Positions 24,788 to 36,969 of a stretch of 64,000 nucleotides of DNA are shown here, piece by piece; position 1 is the stretch's first letter, and every line of letters begins with the position of its first letter. The notes under the pieces are model-generated. The model did not search any database. It was given only the letters and a program-made list of their open reading frames with translations, and was not told the origin of the DNA. The position numbers and the translations under genes are program-made. This stretch comes from Dictyostelium discoideum (taxonomy: Eukaryota), in contig CM000154.2 in NCBI GenBank assembly GCA_000004695.1, positions 1,728,001 to 1,792,000 on the forward strand, in the 5' to 3' direction.

Positions 24788-25207
24788 TTAAGCCCCTAAC
24801 TTCTTTTGTATGTTTACTCTTTCAGTTTGAATCAATGAAACAACAATATCATCTTCATTTTGATGATGATAATTGTTGTTGGACAACTTTTCACACGATA
24901 CAAATAATTCACTGGAATTTACATTTGTTTCAAGTGTTGAAAGAGTTGATGATGATGATGATGATTCATTGATTAAACCGTTTTTGTTATTAATGGAATT
25001 GATTTGTAATGGTTTGTTTGTATTAGATGTAGTTGTAGTTGTATTTTTTTCATTTTTGTATTTTTCTTTAATTATTGTTGTTGTTGTTGTAGTTGTTGTA
25101 ATAGTTGTTGTTAATGTTGTTTTTGGTGAAAGTGATTTTTGTTGTTGTTGTTGTTGTTTTTGAATGGTAGAGAAGGAAGGGGCAACCTTAAAAGTGGAGG
25201 AGACCAA
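24788..25207 (-). CDS. Hypothetical Thr/Asn/Ser-rich low-complexity ORF (139 aa) lying 37 nt downstream of the eRF1 stop on the same strand; possibly not a real gene
   Basis: An ATG-initiated ORF with coding-like composition (about 30% GC) and no recognisable domain. Its position directly after the eRF1 stop codon on the same strand makes an independent gene doubtful. Confidence 0.25.
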   Translation of the reverse strand: MVSSTFKVAPSFSTIQKQQQQQQKSLSPKTTLTTTITTTTTTTTIIKEKYKNEKNTTTTTSNTNKPLQINSINNKNGLINESSSSSSTLSTLETNVNSSELFVSCEKLSNNNYHHQNEDDIVVSLIQTERVNIQKKLGA

Positions 25208-25243
25208 ACCAGTACCATTTCTGTTGCTGGTTTTTTCAATTGG

Positions 25244-26474
25244 TCAAAAGTCTGAATCACTATCATCGTATTCATTCTCATCTGGATTATCGAAATCATT
25301 GAGTTGAGCGAAATCTACTTGATAACGGAGTAAACCACCCAAACCACCAAAACCTTTACAGAATTGTGAACCTTCTTGAGATTTGTTGGTGACGAATTCG
25401 AGAGAGGCACCAAAGTTTTTGTAGTTATTGGCGAACCACTCAACGATTGGCATTTCTTCGACGATTTCATAGTCAAGACCAGATTCTTTATCCTTAAAGA
25501 CAGAGGCATCTTTATTTTGATCTTTATTTAAAAAGATGACTTTCTCTTCACCAGTTGGTAAACGAAGTAAGTAACGAATTGTTTCCAATGATTCCCAAAC
25601 GATTAAAGTGTGAGCAGCACCCAAGTCCAAAGCTTTCAAAGTATCAGCGATACCGAAACAATACTTACCAGTGTCTTGTGCGATCTCTTCAAAGAATTGT
25701 GAGATTAATTTCTTCTCTTGAATGAATTTGACACTTGAGAGAACTTCACCAGATAATTCGATAGCTTGATTGAAACCATTATCACCACCATAGGAAACAT
25801 CGACGATTTTAATGATCTTTTCACGAAGACGTTGATCAAACATATCAGAGGTACCAAGTTCAGTCTTGAAATCGGCAGAACCAGCTAAAATCAAACCTGA
25901 AACGTTTGGTTTATCATTGGTGACGTAGAATTGGGTGGCCAACTCTGAAACTTTACGAACGTAATTGTGACGTTTTTCCATACGAAGACGAGCGAAACGA
26001 AGGGCAGATTGACCACCACGACCGTGTTTCTTTGGGAGATCTACTGTAATCTTATGGAGAACTGTTCTGGTTGAACCACATAATAAACCAAAGAGTGCAC
26101 CATTACCATCTACGACGATGAAACCAAACTTTTCATCACTCTCTAATAATTCACCCAATGGTGCTGTATGGAATTTATTATCACATAAATAGAGTGAGGT
26201 ATTGATTGGTTTGAATGGTTCAATATCGATACGTACTGGTTTCTCTTTACCTTCATCTGTAACCATTGTACCGCAATAAATAACTAAACCATTATCTGGT
26301 ACTTTAGTATATAACTTTAATCTTTGTTGTGCTGATGTAATTGCACCCAATACTGATAATCTATTAACTCTTGATTTAATATTTGATGCTGTACCATACT
26401 CTTCTGCTAACATTTTATTAACTTTTGCAATTTGATCACCTGGACGAATAATTAATGAAATCATAGATGTACCA

Positions 26475-26528
<54 letters not shown>

Positions 26529-26781
26529 ATTATAAAAAAAAATTAGTAAAATAGAATAAATTAATTTGGTTATTTGTTTTCTTGATTTTAAAAAAAAAAA
26601 ATTTTTTTCTTTTTTTTTTCTCTTCTTTTTTTCTTCTTTTTGGAAATGGTTTTTTTTTTTTTTTTTAATAATTAGGTTAAAAAACATACCCTCTGGCAGC
26701 TTCCAAATTTTTAATTAATTTTTTGATTTTCCATTGTTCAACTTGCTTATCTGCATTTTGTTGATCATCAACAGCTGACAT
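25244..26781 (-). CDS. erf1: Eukaryotic peptide chain release factor subunit 1 (eRF1); exons complement(join(25244..26477,26690..26781))
   Basis: Exon 1 is '[31 protein letters not shown]' (ATG 26781-26779) with a phase-2 GTATGT donor at 26689. The 212-nt intron is essentially poly(A)/poly(T), with an AG acceptor at 26479-26478. Exon 2 continues '(G)[10 protein letters not shown]...' into the 406-aa ORF. The NIKS motif ('[14 protein letters not shown]') and the GGQ motif ('[15 protein letters not shown]') are present, with an acidic C-terminus '...YDDSDSDF'. The total is about 441 aa. Confidence 0.9.
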
Positions 26782-27270
26782 CTTTTTATTTTTTCTTTAA
26801 AATTATAAAAAACTATACAAAAAAGTTTGAATTGTATGGTAAAAAGTAAGATAAAGATAAATCAAATTTGAAAAAAAAAAAAAAAAATTTTAAAAAAAAA
26901 ATTTAAAAAAAAAAAATTGAAAAAAAAAAAAAAAAAAAAAAGAAAAACAAAAACCAGAACGAAAAACGAAAAAAATTATAAAAAAAATAACTTAAAAGTT
27001 AAATTTCAATAAAAATAAAAAAATAAAAATAATTAGTAGAGATATTTATAAATACTTACTTTAGTTTTCTTTTTGGATTTTTAGTTTAATTTTTTTTTAA
27101 AACTTTTCTTTTTTTTTTTTTTTTTTTTTTTATGTTTTATAATTATTGAAATACAAAAATGAATAGTTGAATGTATTTTTTTTTTTTTTTTTTTTTTTTA
27201 TTGGTTTTAAAATTTTTTTTTTTTTTTTTTTTTTGGGCTTAAAATTATATTTTTTTTTTTTTTGGTTAGG

Positions 27271-27308
<38 letters not shown>

Positions 27309-28288
27309 CCCAATAAAGATAAATTAAAAATTTAAATTTTGGATATTATTTATTATTTCCCAAATTAATTTGGAAAGAAAATGGAATGTTAAAAAAAAAA
27401 TAAAAAAAAAATAAAAAAAAAATAAAAAAATAAAAAAAATAAAAAAAATAACACACAAAATTACCTTATGTAAAAAAAAAAATTAAAAATAGTTTTTTTT
27501 TTATTTTTTTTATTTTTTTAATTATTTCTAAATCCTACCAAATAAAATCTGGATTAATTATCTTAATATTTTTTTTAATTTTTTTTTTTTTTTTTTTTCA
27601 GACTCATGAATGGGAAGTTCACTTTCAGTTTTTTACATATATATATTTTATATTATCCCAACAACTCAAAATCCACTTGGGAATTTGAATTGTTAATTTT
27701 TTTTTTAAATAATTTCTTTTTTTTTTTTTCCCAAAAATTATTGAAACCTAATAACTTTTAGTTGGAATAATTAATAACATAGATTTTTTTCTTTTTTCTT
27801 TTAAAATAAATCCAAAAAATTTTGACCAATACTTTTTATAATTATTTTTTTTATTTATTAAACTTTTTTTTTTTTTTTTAATTTTTTAAAAGTTCTTATT
27901 TAACCAAGAATACCATAAATATTTTTTATTTTAAGTAGATTTAAAAAAATTAGTTTTTCTCTTGCCAAAAAAAAAAAAAAATTTTTTTTTGAGAAAAAAT
28001 GAAATTTAAATTGGATTTCATTTAGTTTTTTTTAAAATTTCATATTTTTTTCAATTAAATTTTGTTTGTGGTAGTAGAAGATACGACCTATATAAAAAGC
28101 ATATAAAGTTATCTATAATAAATGAGCCTCATTTTTCCCCAATATAATTATAAAAAAAACATTAGAATAATCGTAATGGAGTTCTCTATTAATTGATACC
28201 AAATTTATTAATATTGAAAAATAGTAAGTTATATAAATACCTAAATTACTTTAAAAACTACCCTTTCTTCAATCTGCTAAAATAATTT

Positions 28289-28372
<84 letters not shown>

Positions 28373-28683
28373 CTCTCTCTTTTTTTTTTTTCTTTTTTTT
28401 TTAATTTTTATTTTTATTTTTTTAAAAAAATTCCCGCGATTAATATAATATATATATATTATAAAATAACTATAATTTTATTTTAAGTAATAAAAAAAGT
28501 TAATATACATACTCATATATATAAATAACCACAAAAAAAAAAAAATAAAAAAATAAAAAAATTTTAAAAATTAAAAAATAAATAAAAAAAAAAAAAAAAT
28601 AAACTACACTTTAAAAGAAACACAACACAACACAACACAATAACAATAACAATAACAAAAACAATAACAATAATAAATTAAAA

Positions 28684-29334
28684 ATGGATCACGAAGAATG
28701 CAAAACACAAGGTAATAACTACTTTAAACAATCCCAATATATGGATGCAATTAGATGTTATACACAAGCAATTGGTAAGTTTTTTATTATTTTTTTCATT
28801 AACTACAATATTATTATTATTATTATTTATTATATTATTAACACTTTTTTTTTCATATAATAGAATTATCAAATGGCACAATTGCAGCATATTATGGAAA
28901 CAGAGCAGCAGCATATTTAGCAATTTGTACAAAATCATCATTACAAGATTCAATTAAAGATTCATTAAAAGCAATTGAATTAGAAAGAAGTTTCATTAAA
29001 GGTTATACAAGAGCATCAAAAGCATATATTCATTTAGCACAATATGATCAAGCTGCCTCAATTATTGTACGTGGTTTAGTATTTGATCCAAGAAATAACG
29101 AATTATTACAAGAAAAGAATCAAATTGATTCAATACAAAGAACCATTTCATCACTCACCAAAGAGAAAGCTTTATCAAATCCATCCTCAAGTTTAAATCA
29201 AATTGAAAATGTACTTTCACAATCAAAATATAATACACAACTTCAAGTTTTAAAAGCAAGAGTGTTAATAGAATTAAAACAATATCCACAAGCTTCAAAT
29301 TTAATGACGTATGTAAAAAATAAAAAAAATAATA

Positions 29335-29375
<41 letters not shown>

Positions 29376-29790
29376 CATTTTAAAACATTTATTAATTAAA
29401 ATTTTTATAATTTATTATTATAATAATAATAATATAATATTACTATATATAGTACATTATTACAAGAAGATTCAAGAAATCCAGAATATTTATATGTTAG
29501 AGGTTTATCATTATATTATCAAAATAATTTCCCATTGGCTCTTCAACATTTCCAAAATTCATTAACATATGATCCAGATTATTCAGAGAGTAGAGTGGCA
29601 TTAAAGAGATTAAGAAGTATAGAATCAAAAAAGAAAGAAGGTAATGAATATTTCCAATCTAAAAATTATCAAGCTGCTTATGATTCATTCACTGAAGCTC
29701 TTTCAATTGATCCAAAATTAGAAACTATGAATTCTCAACTTTATTCAAATAGAGCTGCTGCATTAGTTCATGTAAATTTTATTATAATTA

Positions 29791-29826
<36 letters not shown>

Positions 29827-30646
29827 CAATAACCTAATCATATATTTTATTATTTATTTTATTTTATTTTATTTTTATTAGTTAAATAGAATTAGTGAAG
29901 CAATTAATGATTGCACAAGTGCAGTTACAATTGATCCAAATTATGGTAAAGCATATATTAGAAGAGCACAATGCCAAATGAAACAAGAAAACTATGAAGA
30001 TGCAGTTAGAGATTATGAGAAAGCACAAAGTTTAGATCCAGAGAATGGTGAATTACAAAGAAACATTAAAGAAGCAAAGATTGCTCATAAGAAATCATTA
30101 AGAAAAGATTATTACAAGATATTAGGTGTTTCAAAGGAAGCAGGTGAAACAGAGATTAAGAAAGCTTATAGAAAATTAGCATTACAATATCATCCAGACA
30201 AGAATAATCAATTACCAGAGGAAGAGAAAGCACAAGCTGAAAAAATGTTTAAAGATATTGGTGAGGCATACAGTGTTTTAAGTGATGAGAAAAAGAAACG
30301 TCAATACGATATGGGTCAAGATGAAAATGGTATGCCATTCGATGCCGATATGGGTGGTGTTGATATCAATAGTGTGTTCTCACAATTCTTTAACCAAGGT
30401 GGTATGGGAGGTGGTATGGGAGGTGGAGGCTTTGGTGGCATGGGAGGCGGAGGTTTCGGCGGTATGGGAGGTGGAGGTTTCAGCGGTATGGGAGGTGGTG
30501 GTGGTTTCGGTGGAATGCCATTTGGTTTCGATATGGGAGGTGGTGGCGGCTATGGTGGCATGGGTGGCGGTTTTGGTGGTCATAGTGGTCATTCTCATGG
30601 TGGAAGTAGAAGTAGATCCTCAAGAGGTGGCAATGAATATAGATAA
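28684..30646 (+). CDS. TPR repeat-containing DnaJ (Hsp40) protein, DNAJC7/DNAJC3-like, with a C-terminal Gly/Met-rich tail; 4 exons join(28684..28774,28864..29308,29453..29771,29882..30646)
   Basis: The protein begins '[31 protein letters not shown]' with a phase-1 GTAAGT donor. Exon 2 opens '[27 protein letters not shown]...' (a TPR array) and ends at a phase-2 GTATGT donor. Exon 3 is '[33 protein letters not shown]...AALVH|GTAAAT'. Exon 4 is '[41 protein letters not shown]...' followed by the J domain '[33 protein letters not shown]' and a ([10 protein letters not shown])n tail to the stop. The total is about 539 aa. Confidence 0.8.
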
Positions 30647-30746
30647 ACACTATAGTTTCAACACTTTTTTTTTTTTTTAAAAAAAAAGAAAATTATTTAA
30701 TAATTTATACTTTATAAAATTATTATTTTTTAATAATAACACTAAT

Positions 30747-30810
<64 letters not shown>

Positions 30811-31061
30811 AATCAAATAAAACTACTAATATATTAATATAATAACACAATGCAATAATATTATTTAACTTAAATAATAAACTTTTATTTTATTTTTTTT
30901 TAAATAATACTAAAAAAGTTTTTTTTATTTTTTATTTTTTTTTTTTTATTTTTTTGATCATTAATCTATTTTTTTTATTTTTTATTTTTGTTTTTTTTAA
31001 ATTACCCCCACACACACATACATACACTAACTCATATGTGTGATAAAAAAAAAAAAAGTAC

Positions 31062-31099
<38 letters not shown>

Positions 31100-31109
31100 T
31101 TAAAAGAGA

Positions 31110-31748
31110 ATGAGAATTGTTAAAACAACATCAAATGAATTAGTATTGGTTCATAGTAATAGACTTAAGGAATGGTCAATGGGATTAGCAATTGCATCAA
31201 TTGGATTATTACCAACTATATTTCATACAAGTGATGAACTTTTTATAAAGATGTCAAAAGTTGTATTCATTATTACATTTATATTGATTGGATTATTAGG
31301 TATTCATGAAGAGTATTATATTGAATTCAATGTTAAAAAGAGAAAAATGACAATGGAATATAGAAATATAATAGAGGTATTAACAATGCAACCTGGTAGA
31401 AATATGGTATTGGAATTAGATCAAATTAGAGGTGCTGTCATTCAAGAGATTAAAGAAAAGAAACCATTATATAAATTAGCAATCGATTATTCTGATGGTC
31501 TTAAAATTGGTGTAACTGAAACTTGTTATTTCTTTCCTGATCAAATTACTGAAATTAAAAATTCAATTAATAAATGGTTATCTGATAATGGTATAATTGG
31601 TAATAATAAAAATAATAAAAATAATAAAAATGAAGAAGATGAAGATTACAGTAATGATGAAGATGATGAAGATTATAGTGATGATGAAGATGAAAAAGAA
31701 AAAGAAAAAGTTCAATCTATTAAAAAGAGAACTAATAAAGTAAAATAA
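31110..31748 (+). CDS. Hypothetical membrane protein (two predicted TM helices) with an acidic Asp/Glu/Tyr-rich C-terminal tail
   Basis: A 212-aa ATG-initiated ORF with normal coding composition. Hydrophobic segments 'MGLAIASIGLLPTIF' and 'VVFIITFILIGLLGI' are present. I recognise no family. Confidence 0.45.
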   Translation: MRIVKTTSNELVLVHSNRLKEWSMGLAIASIGLLPTIFHTSDELFIKMSKVVFIITFILIGLLGIHEEYYIEFNVKKRKMTMEYRNIIEVLTMQPGRNMVLELDQIRGAVIQEIKEKKPLYKLAIDYSDGLKIGVTETCYFFPDQITEIKNSINKWLSDNGIIGNNKNNKNNKNEEDEDYSNDEDDEDYSDDEDEKEKEKVQSIKKRTNKVK

Positions 31749-31887
31749 ATGTAAAAAATAATAATAATAATAATATCCTTTTTTTTTTTTTTTTTTTTAA
31801 TATTTTAATTTATTATATTCTTTTTTTTTTTTTTTTTTTTTATTTTTTTTTTTTTATTTTTTTTTATTTTCTGGAAAAATGGAATAT

Positions 31888-34324
31888 TTATCTTTTTAAT
31901 AATGAAGTTTTTGAAACTTTTTGACGACTACCACGAGAGATTGATTTGAATTTGATATAATCTCTAACTTTTTTACCAGATGAAGATAAAACTTTTTGTT
32001 CTTTTTCTTTTCTTTCAGTTTCTTTTTGTTGTTTAAATGATTTTGTTAAATTAAAGATATATTCATCAACACTTCCAACTGCAAGTGCTTTGATGAATGA
32101 TGGATTTTCTTTTGCTCTTCTTTCTTCTCTTTTCTTTTTAATTCTATCTCTCTTTTCTTTTAATTGTTTTTCTAAAAGTTGTTCTTCTATTTTTCTTTTA
32201 TTTTCTAATTGACTCTTTTTAATTGAATCTCTGTTTTTATTGATTTAAATTTAAATCAATAAAAAAAAAAAGGTAATGATTTATGAATTAGATTTAAGTA
32301 AATTCGATATATTTTTTGTGAGAAAATAATTAACTATTAATAAATATTTACTTATTACTATTTACAGCTTTTAAAAAGTTAATATCAAGCTCTTTGATTG
32401 TATTTTCATCTTCTTCTTCATCATCTTCTTCTGCTTCTTCTTCTTCTTCTTCTTCTTCATCATCATCATCTTCCATTTCTTGATCTTCGTCATCTTCCAT
32501 TTCTTGATCTTCATCATCTTCCTCTACAACTTCTTCACCCTCTAATTCTTCAACTTCTTCACCATCTAATTCTTCATCATCCTCTTCTTCTTCCAAATCT
32601 TCGCCATCAAATTCTTCTTCATCATCTTCTTCCAATTCTTCGCCCTCTAACTCTTCACCTTCTTCACTTTCTAATTCTTCATCATCTTCAAATTCTTCAT
32701 CATCTTCTTCATCTTCAAATTCTTCATCCTCTGATTCAATATCTTTATTTGGTAATTTAGAAATAGTTGGTTTAACTGGAGACTTTTCTTTTATTGGGGT
32801 TTGTTTAGCTAAAGTTTGTTTAACTGGTGTTTTTTCTTTAATTAAAGTCTCCTTAACTGGAGTTGGTTTAACTTCAGTTTTTTCTTTAATTGGTGTTTGT
32901 TTAACTGGTGTTTTTTCTTTAATTGGAGTTTCTTTAACTGGAGTTGGTTTGGTTGGTGTTTTTTCTTTAATTTGTGTTTCTTTGACTGGAGTTGGTTTAA
33001 CTTCAGTTTTTTCTTTGATTGGAGTTTGTTTAACTGGTGTTTCTTTAACTTGAGTTTGTTTAACTGGAGTTTGTTTAAGTTCAGTTTTTTCTTTAATTGG
33101 AGTTGGTTTGACTTCAATTTTTTCTTTGGCTGGAGTTGGTTTAACTTCAGTTTTTTCTTTAACTGGTGTTGATTTAATTGGTGTTGATTTAATTGGTGTT
33201 TCTTTAATTGGTGTTGATTTAATTGGCGTTTCTTTAACTGGTGTTTTTTCTTTAATAGAAGTTTCTTTAACTGGTGTTTCTTTAACTGGAGTTGATTTGA
33301 CAGGAGTTTCTTTAACTGGTGTTGATTTAATTGGAGTTTCTTTAGATATTTCTTTAACTGGGGTTTGTTTAACTGGAGTTGATTTAGTTGGTGTTTGTTC
33401 TTTAACTGGTGTTTTTTCTTTTATTGGTGTTTTCTCTTTAGTTGATACTTCTTTTGTTGGTGTTTTTTCTTTTATTGGTGTTTTTTCTTTAATTGGTACA
33501 TCTTTTGTTGGTGTTTTTTCTTTTGTAGTGGTGGTAGTGGTAGTTGTGGTAGTAGATGGTAAAGATGATGGTGGTGGTAATATAGTGGTATCAAGTTTAT
33601 TTAAAACTTTTGATAAATTACTTGAAGTTTTGGTTGGTTTAACAATATCAGGTACTCTAAATTCAAAGTTTGAATTTGATTTTGGTTTCAATTCATTTGG
33701 AAATGGTGTATCTGGTTTAATTTTCTTTGAATTTTGAATTGGTGTTTTATTAATAATATCATCTGTTGTTGTTGTTGTTGTAGTGGTAGTTTCTTGAATT
33801 GATCTTTTATTTTTATTATTGGTTGTAGTATTTGTATCATTTTGTTTTCCAATTGGTGAATCAGTTTGAATTTTAATTGGTGTTGAATCAAATTTACCTT
33901 CTTCAGTTGAAACTGGTGTTAATGGATATGATGTAGATGAACTATCATTTTTAGTTGGTGTTGTAATCTTTTCTGTAGATTTATTTGATGATGATGATGA
34001 TGATGATGGAGTTGTTGGTTGTTTTTTATTTGAAGATTTTGGTGTTGGTTTTGATTCTGATATTGTTGGTTTTTGTGGTGTGGTGATTTTAGATGATGAT
34101 GGTGTAGTTGGTTGTTCATTGCTTTGTGGTGGTTGTGTTTTTTCAGCTGGTGCTGGAGTTTCTGATTTTTTAGTTGGTGCTCTCTTTCTTTTTGGTGTAC
34201 TTTGTTGTAATTTTAAAATTGATTTCAAATCAATTGTACTATCTCTTCTTGAGGTTTTAGATAATGTTTCTAAAGAAATTGAAGCATCTTGTGGTTTAGT
34301 TGTTGTTGTTGTTCTTCTTGACAT
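31888..34324 (-). CDS. Repeat protein with about 40 tandem degenerate 'K-E-K-T-P-[VI]' units (Ser/Thr-Pro array), a long poly-acidic tract and a basic C-terminal exon; proposed complement(join(31888..32228,32359..34324))
   Basis: A 658-aa ORF (ATG 34324) with N-terminus 'MSRRTTTTTKPQ...STPKRKRAPTKK' (an NLS-like stretch). Residues about 250-520 are 6-9-aa repeats 'KEKTPVKETPIKSTPVKE...'. Residues about 520-640 are Glu/Asp-rich. An additional open stretch of about 114 aa on the same strand at 31888-32228 ('SIKKSQLENKRKIEEQLLEKQLKEKRDRIKKKREERRAKENPSFIKALAVGSVDEYIFNLTKSF...SRGSRQKVSKTSLLKR*') can be joined through a phase-1 GTAATA donor (32358) and a CAGAG acceptor (intron about 130 nt). The 3' exon is less certain than the main ORF. 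Confidence 0.55.
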
Positions 34325-35067
34325 TTTTTATTTTATTTTTTTTATTTATTTTTTTTTTAGTTAATCAATAATAAATAAAAATATTGAAATAAAGTTTATG
34401 TAAACTAAAAATAATTAAAACAATACCAATAAAAAAAAAAAAAAAAAAAAAAAAAAATTGTGAGTGGCCCTCGTTTTTCGTTTTTTTAAAAAATTTGATT
34501 TTTCATTTTTTTTTTTTAATTTTTTATTTTTTTTTTAAACAATTTTTTTTTTTTTTTTATTATTTTTTTATTTTTATTTTTTATTTTTCTTTTTTTTTAA
34601 AATAGATTTTTAATGTTATTACTACTTTTTTTTTTTTTTTTCTTCTTTTATTAAAAGGAAATATTAGATAATTATTAAAATATCTTTTTTTTTTTTTTTT
34701 TTTGTCCTGAAAATTCTGGACACTTTTTTGGGTTATATCTTAAATTGTTTTTTTTTTAATTTAATTTTTCACCGTCAAATATTTCCAAATTTTTTTTTTA
34801 ATTTAAGTTTTTTTTTTTTTTTTTTTTTATTTTTATTTTTATTTTTATTTTTTTTTTTTTTATTTTTTTTTTTTTATTTGTATTTTCTCATAAAATTTGG
34901 TTTACCAAATTGCACTAAATTCACATATACACACACGCCAACCACACACACAATCACCGATCTCAACATTTATAAAAAAAAAAAAAAAAAAAAATAATGA
35001 TCTATAAACTATTTTAAAAAATAAAAAAAAAAAAATAAAAAAAAAAAAAAAAAATAAAAAACGAAAA

Positions 35068-35324
35068 ATGTATAAATTTAAAACGAATCTATTTTTGGTT
35101 ATTTATTTTATAGCAATATTTTCCATCGAGTCATCAATATCTTCATTTAATACCGAGATAAATAGTAATAGTAATAGTGATTTCGGACATATGGAAATAC
35201 CAAAAAATATAGAGGATATACCATTTATATGTTATAACAATTTAAGTGATTCTTCATATTATTTAAAAAATAATCAATATTTTTATGAACCAATTTCAAC
35301 TATAATAGATAATTCAGTTGTAAG

Positions 35325-35417
<93 letters not shown>

Positions 35418-36412
35418 AATTTATTTATAATTTTACTAATTTTTATTTTTAGTCATATTTTCCAAATAATTGTTCAAATATTTCAGATAAAAATTCATTA
35501 AGTTGTTGTTTAAAAATTGATAGTGATCAATTTAAATCTACGATGGATTATATAACGAGTGATAGTTTAAATACGAGTGTAATTGGAAGATTATATGATT
35601 GTAGAACCAATTCATCATTGGGTGGTGGATTTAAAATTGTTGAAGACAATGGAAATACACCAGATTTAGAGACAATGTCAAATGAATTGGATGTTATAGA
35701 TTCAAGAGAGAGTGTAAAAATATGTTTATCACAATTACAACAATTACAATGTTTTAAATGTTCACAAGATCATAAAACTATTTTAAGAGATTTTCATACA
35801 GATTTATTATATAGAATTGAAAGTGATCCAAATCATCAACCTTTATTCTATATAAAATCATCAACTTTTAAACATCCAATAATTGATACAAGTAATGATG
35901 GTTTTCCAACAACAGGTGCTGGTGGTGCTGATAATACAATACACTATATTGAAAAGGATATATCAAAAGGTAAATCTATTGCAATTTGTAATGATTATTT
36001 TGAAAAGTTAATGTCACATTGCCAATTTGTAAATGTTCGTGGTAAACCTTTAAATCAATTATTTCAACCATTAAATGGTAAACCAGCTGTATTCGATTCT
36101 GAAAATTATATTAATGAAATATTTGGTATTACAATCCCAAACTTGAATGAATTTGTTTATGTCTCATCTGATAATTTAGATTTGTTTTATGTTTCAAATT
36201 TTAATTGTTTCAAACAACCAATACCTAATTTTCAACAACCAACTTGTTCTTTAATTATTAATAAAAAATGGTATGAAAAATCTCAAAATAGTAATGATTA
36301 TAATAATAATAATGATAGTGATAATTCTTCATTTGGAATTTCAATTCAAAAATATTTAAATTCATTTTTAAATTCATTTATAATAATTTTAATAATAAAT
36401 ATTATTATTTAA
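35068..36412 (+). CDS. Hypothetical secreted Cys-containing protein with N-terminal signal peptide; 2 exons join(35068..35319,35453..36412)
   Basis: ATG at 35068. 'MYKFKTNLFLVIYFIAIFSIESS' is signal-peptide-like. Exon 1 ends '...DNSVV' at a GTAAGT donor (35320). The intron is an (ATT)n microsatellite with a TAG acceptor at 35450-35452. Exon 2 is 'SYFPNNCSNISDKNSLSCCLKIDSDQFKSTMDYI...', in frame with ORF 35543..36412. Several N-x-S/T sites are present. I recognise no family. Confidence 0.5.
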
Positions 36413-36516
36413 ATAAAATTAAATATTATTATTTTAAAATTAATTATTTATTATTTTTTTTTTTTAAAAAAAGATATTTAAAATATCTAAAATTATTTAA
36501 ATTATGTCATAATAAA

Positions 36517-36555
<39 letters not shown>

Positions 36556-36969
36556 CAGTTTGATATAATTATGTGCTTTTATTTATAAATAATTTTTTTT
36601 ATTTTTATTTTCATTTTTTATTTATTTTTTTTTTAAATGGGTGATATTTTTATTATCTATTTTGAAAATTTCTGCAAATATTGCTAAAAAAAAGCAATTG
36701 ATTTTTTTGATTTAAATTTATTTTTTTTTTAATTTTATTAAATTTTTTTTTTTTTTTTTTTATTAAAATGAACAACACTTTTTTAAAATAAAAAAAAAAA
36801 AAAGGTTTGGGAAAAAATTATAAAAAAATTTTTTTTTATTTTTTTTTTTAATATTTTCACAATCCCAATCACAATAAAATTTATTTATATAATATAAAAA
36901 TAAAAAAAAAAACAAATAAATATTTTTAAATTTTATTATCTTGAAAAAAATAAAAAAAATTAAAGAAAA

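Noticed and set aside
33108-33737. A 209-aa plus-strand ORF 'GVDLIGVSLTGV...' and neighbouring plus-strand ORFs at 32398-32760 and 32897-33172
   Set aside because: It is antisense to the K-E-K-T-P-V repeat gene; the repeat periodicity keeps the reverse frame open. The minus-strand reading has an ATG, an NLS and coherent non-repeat flanks.
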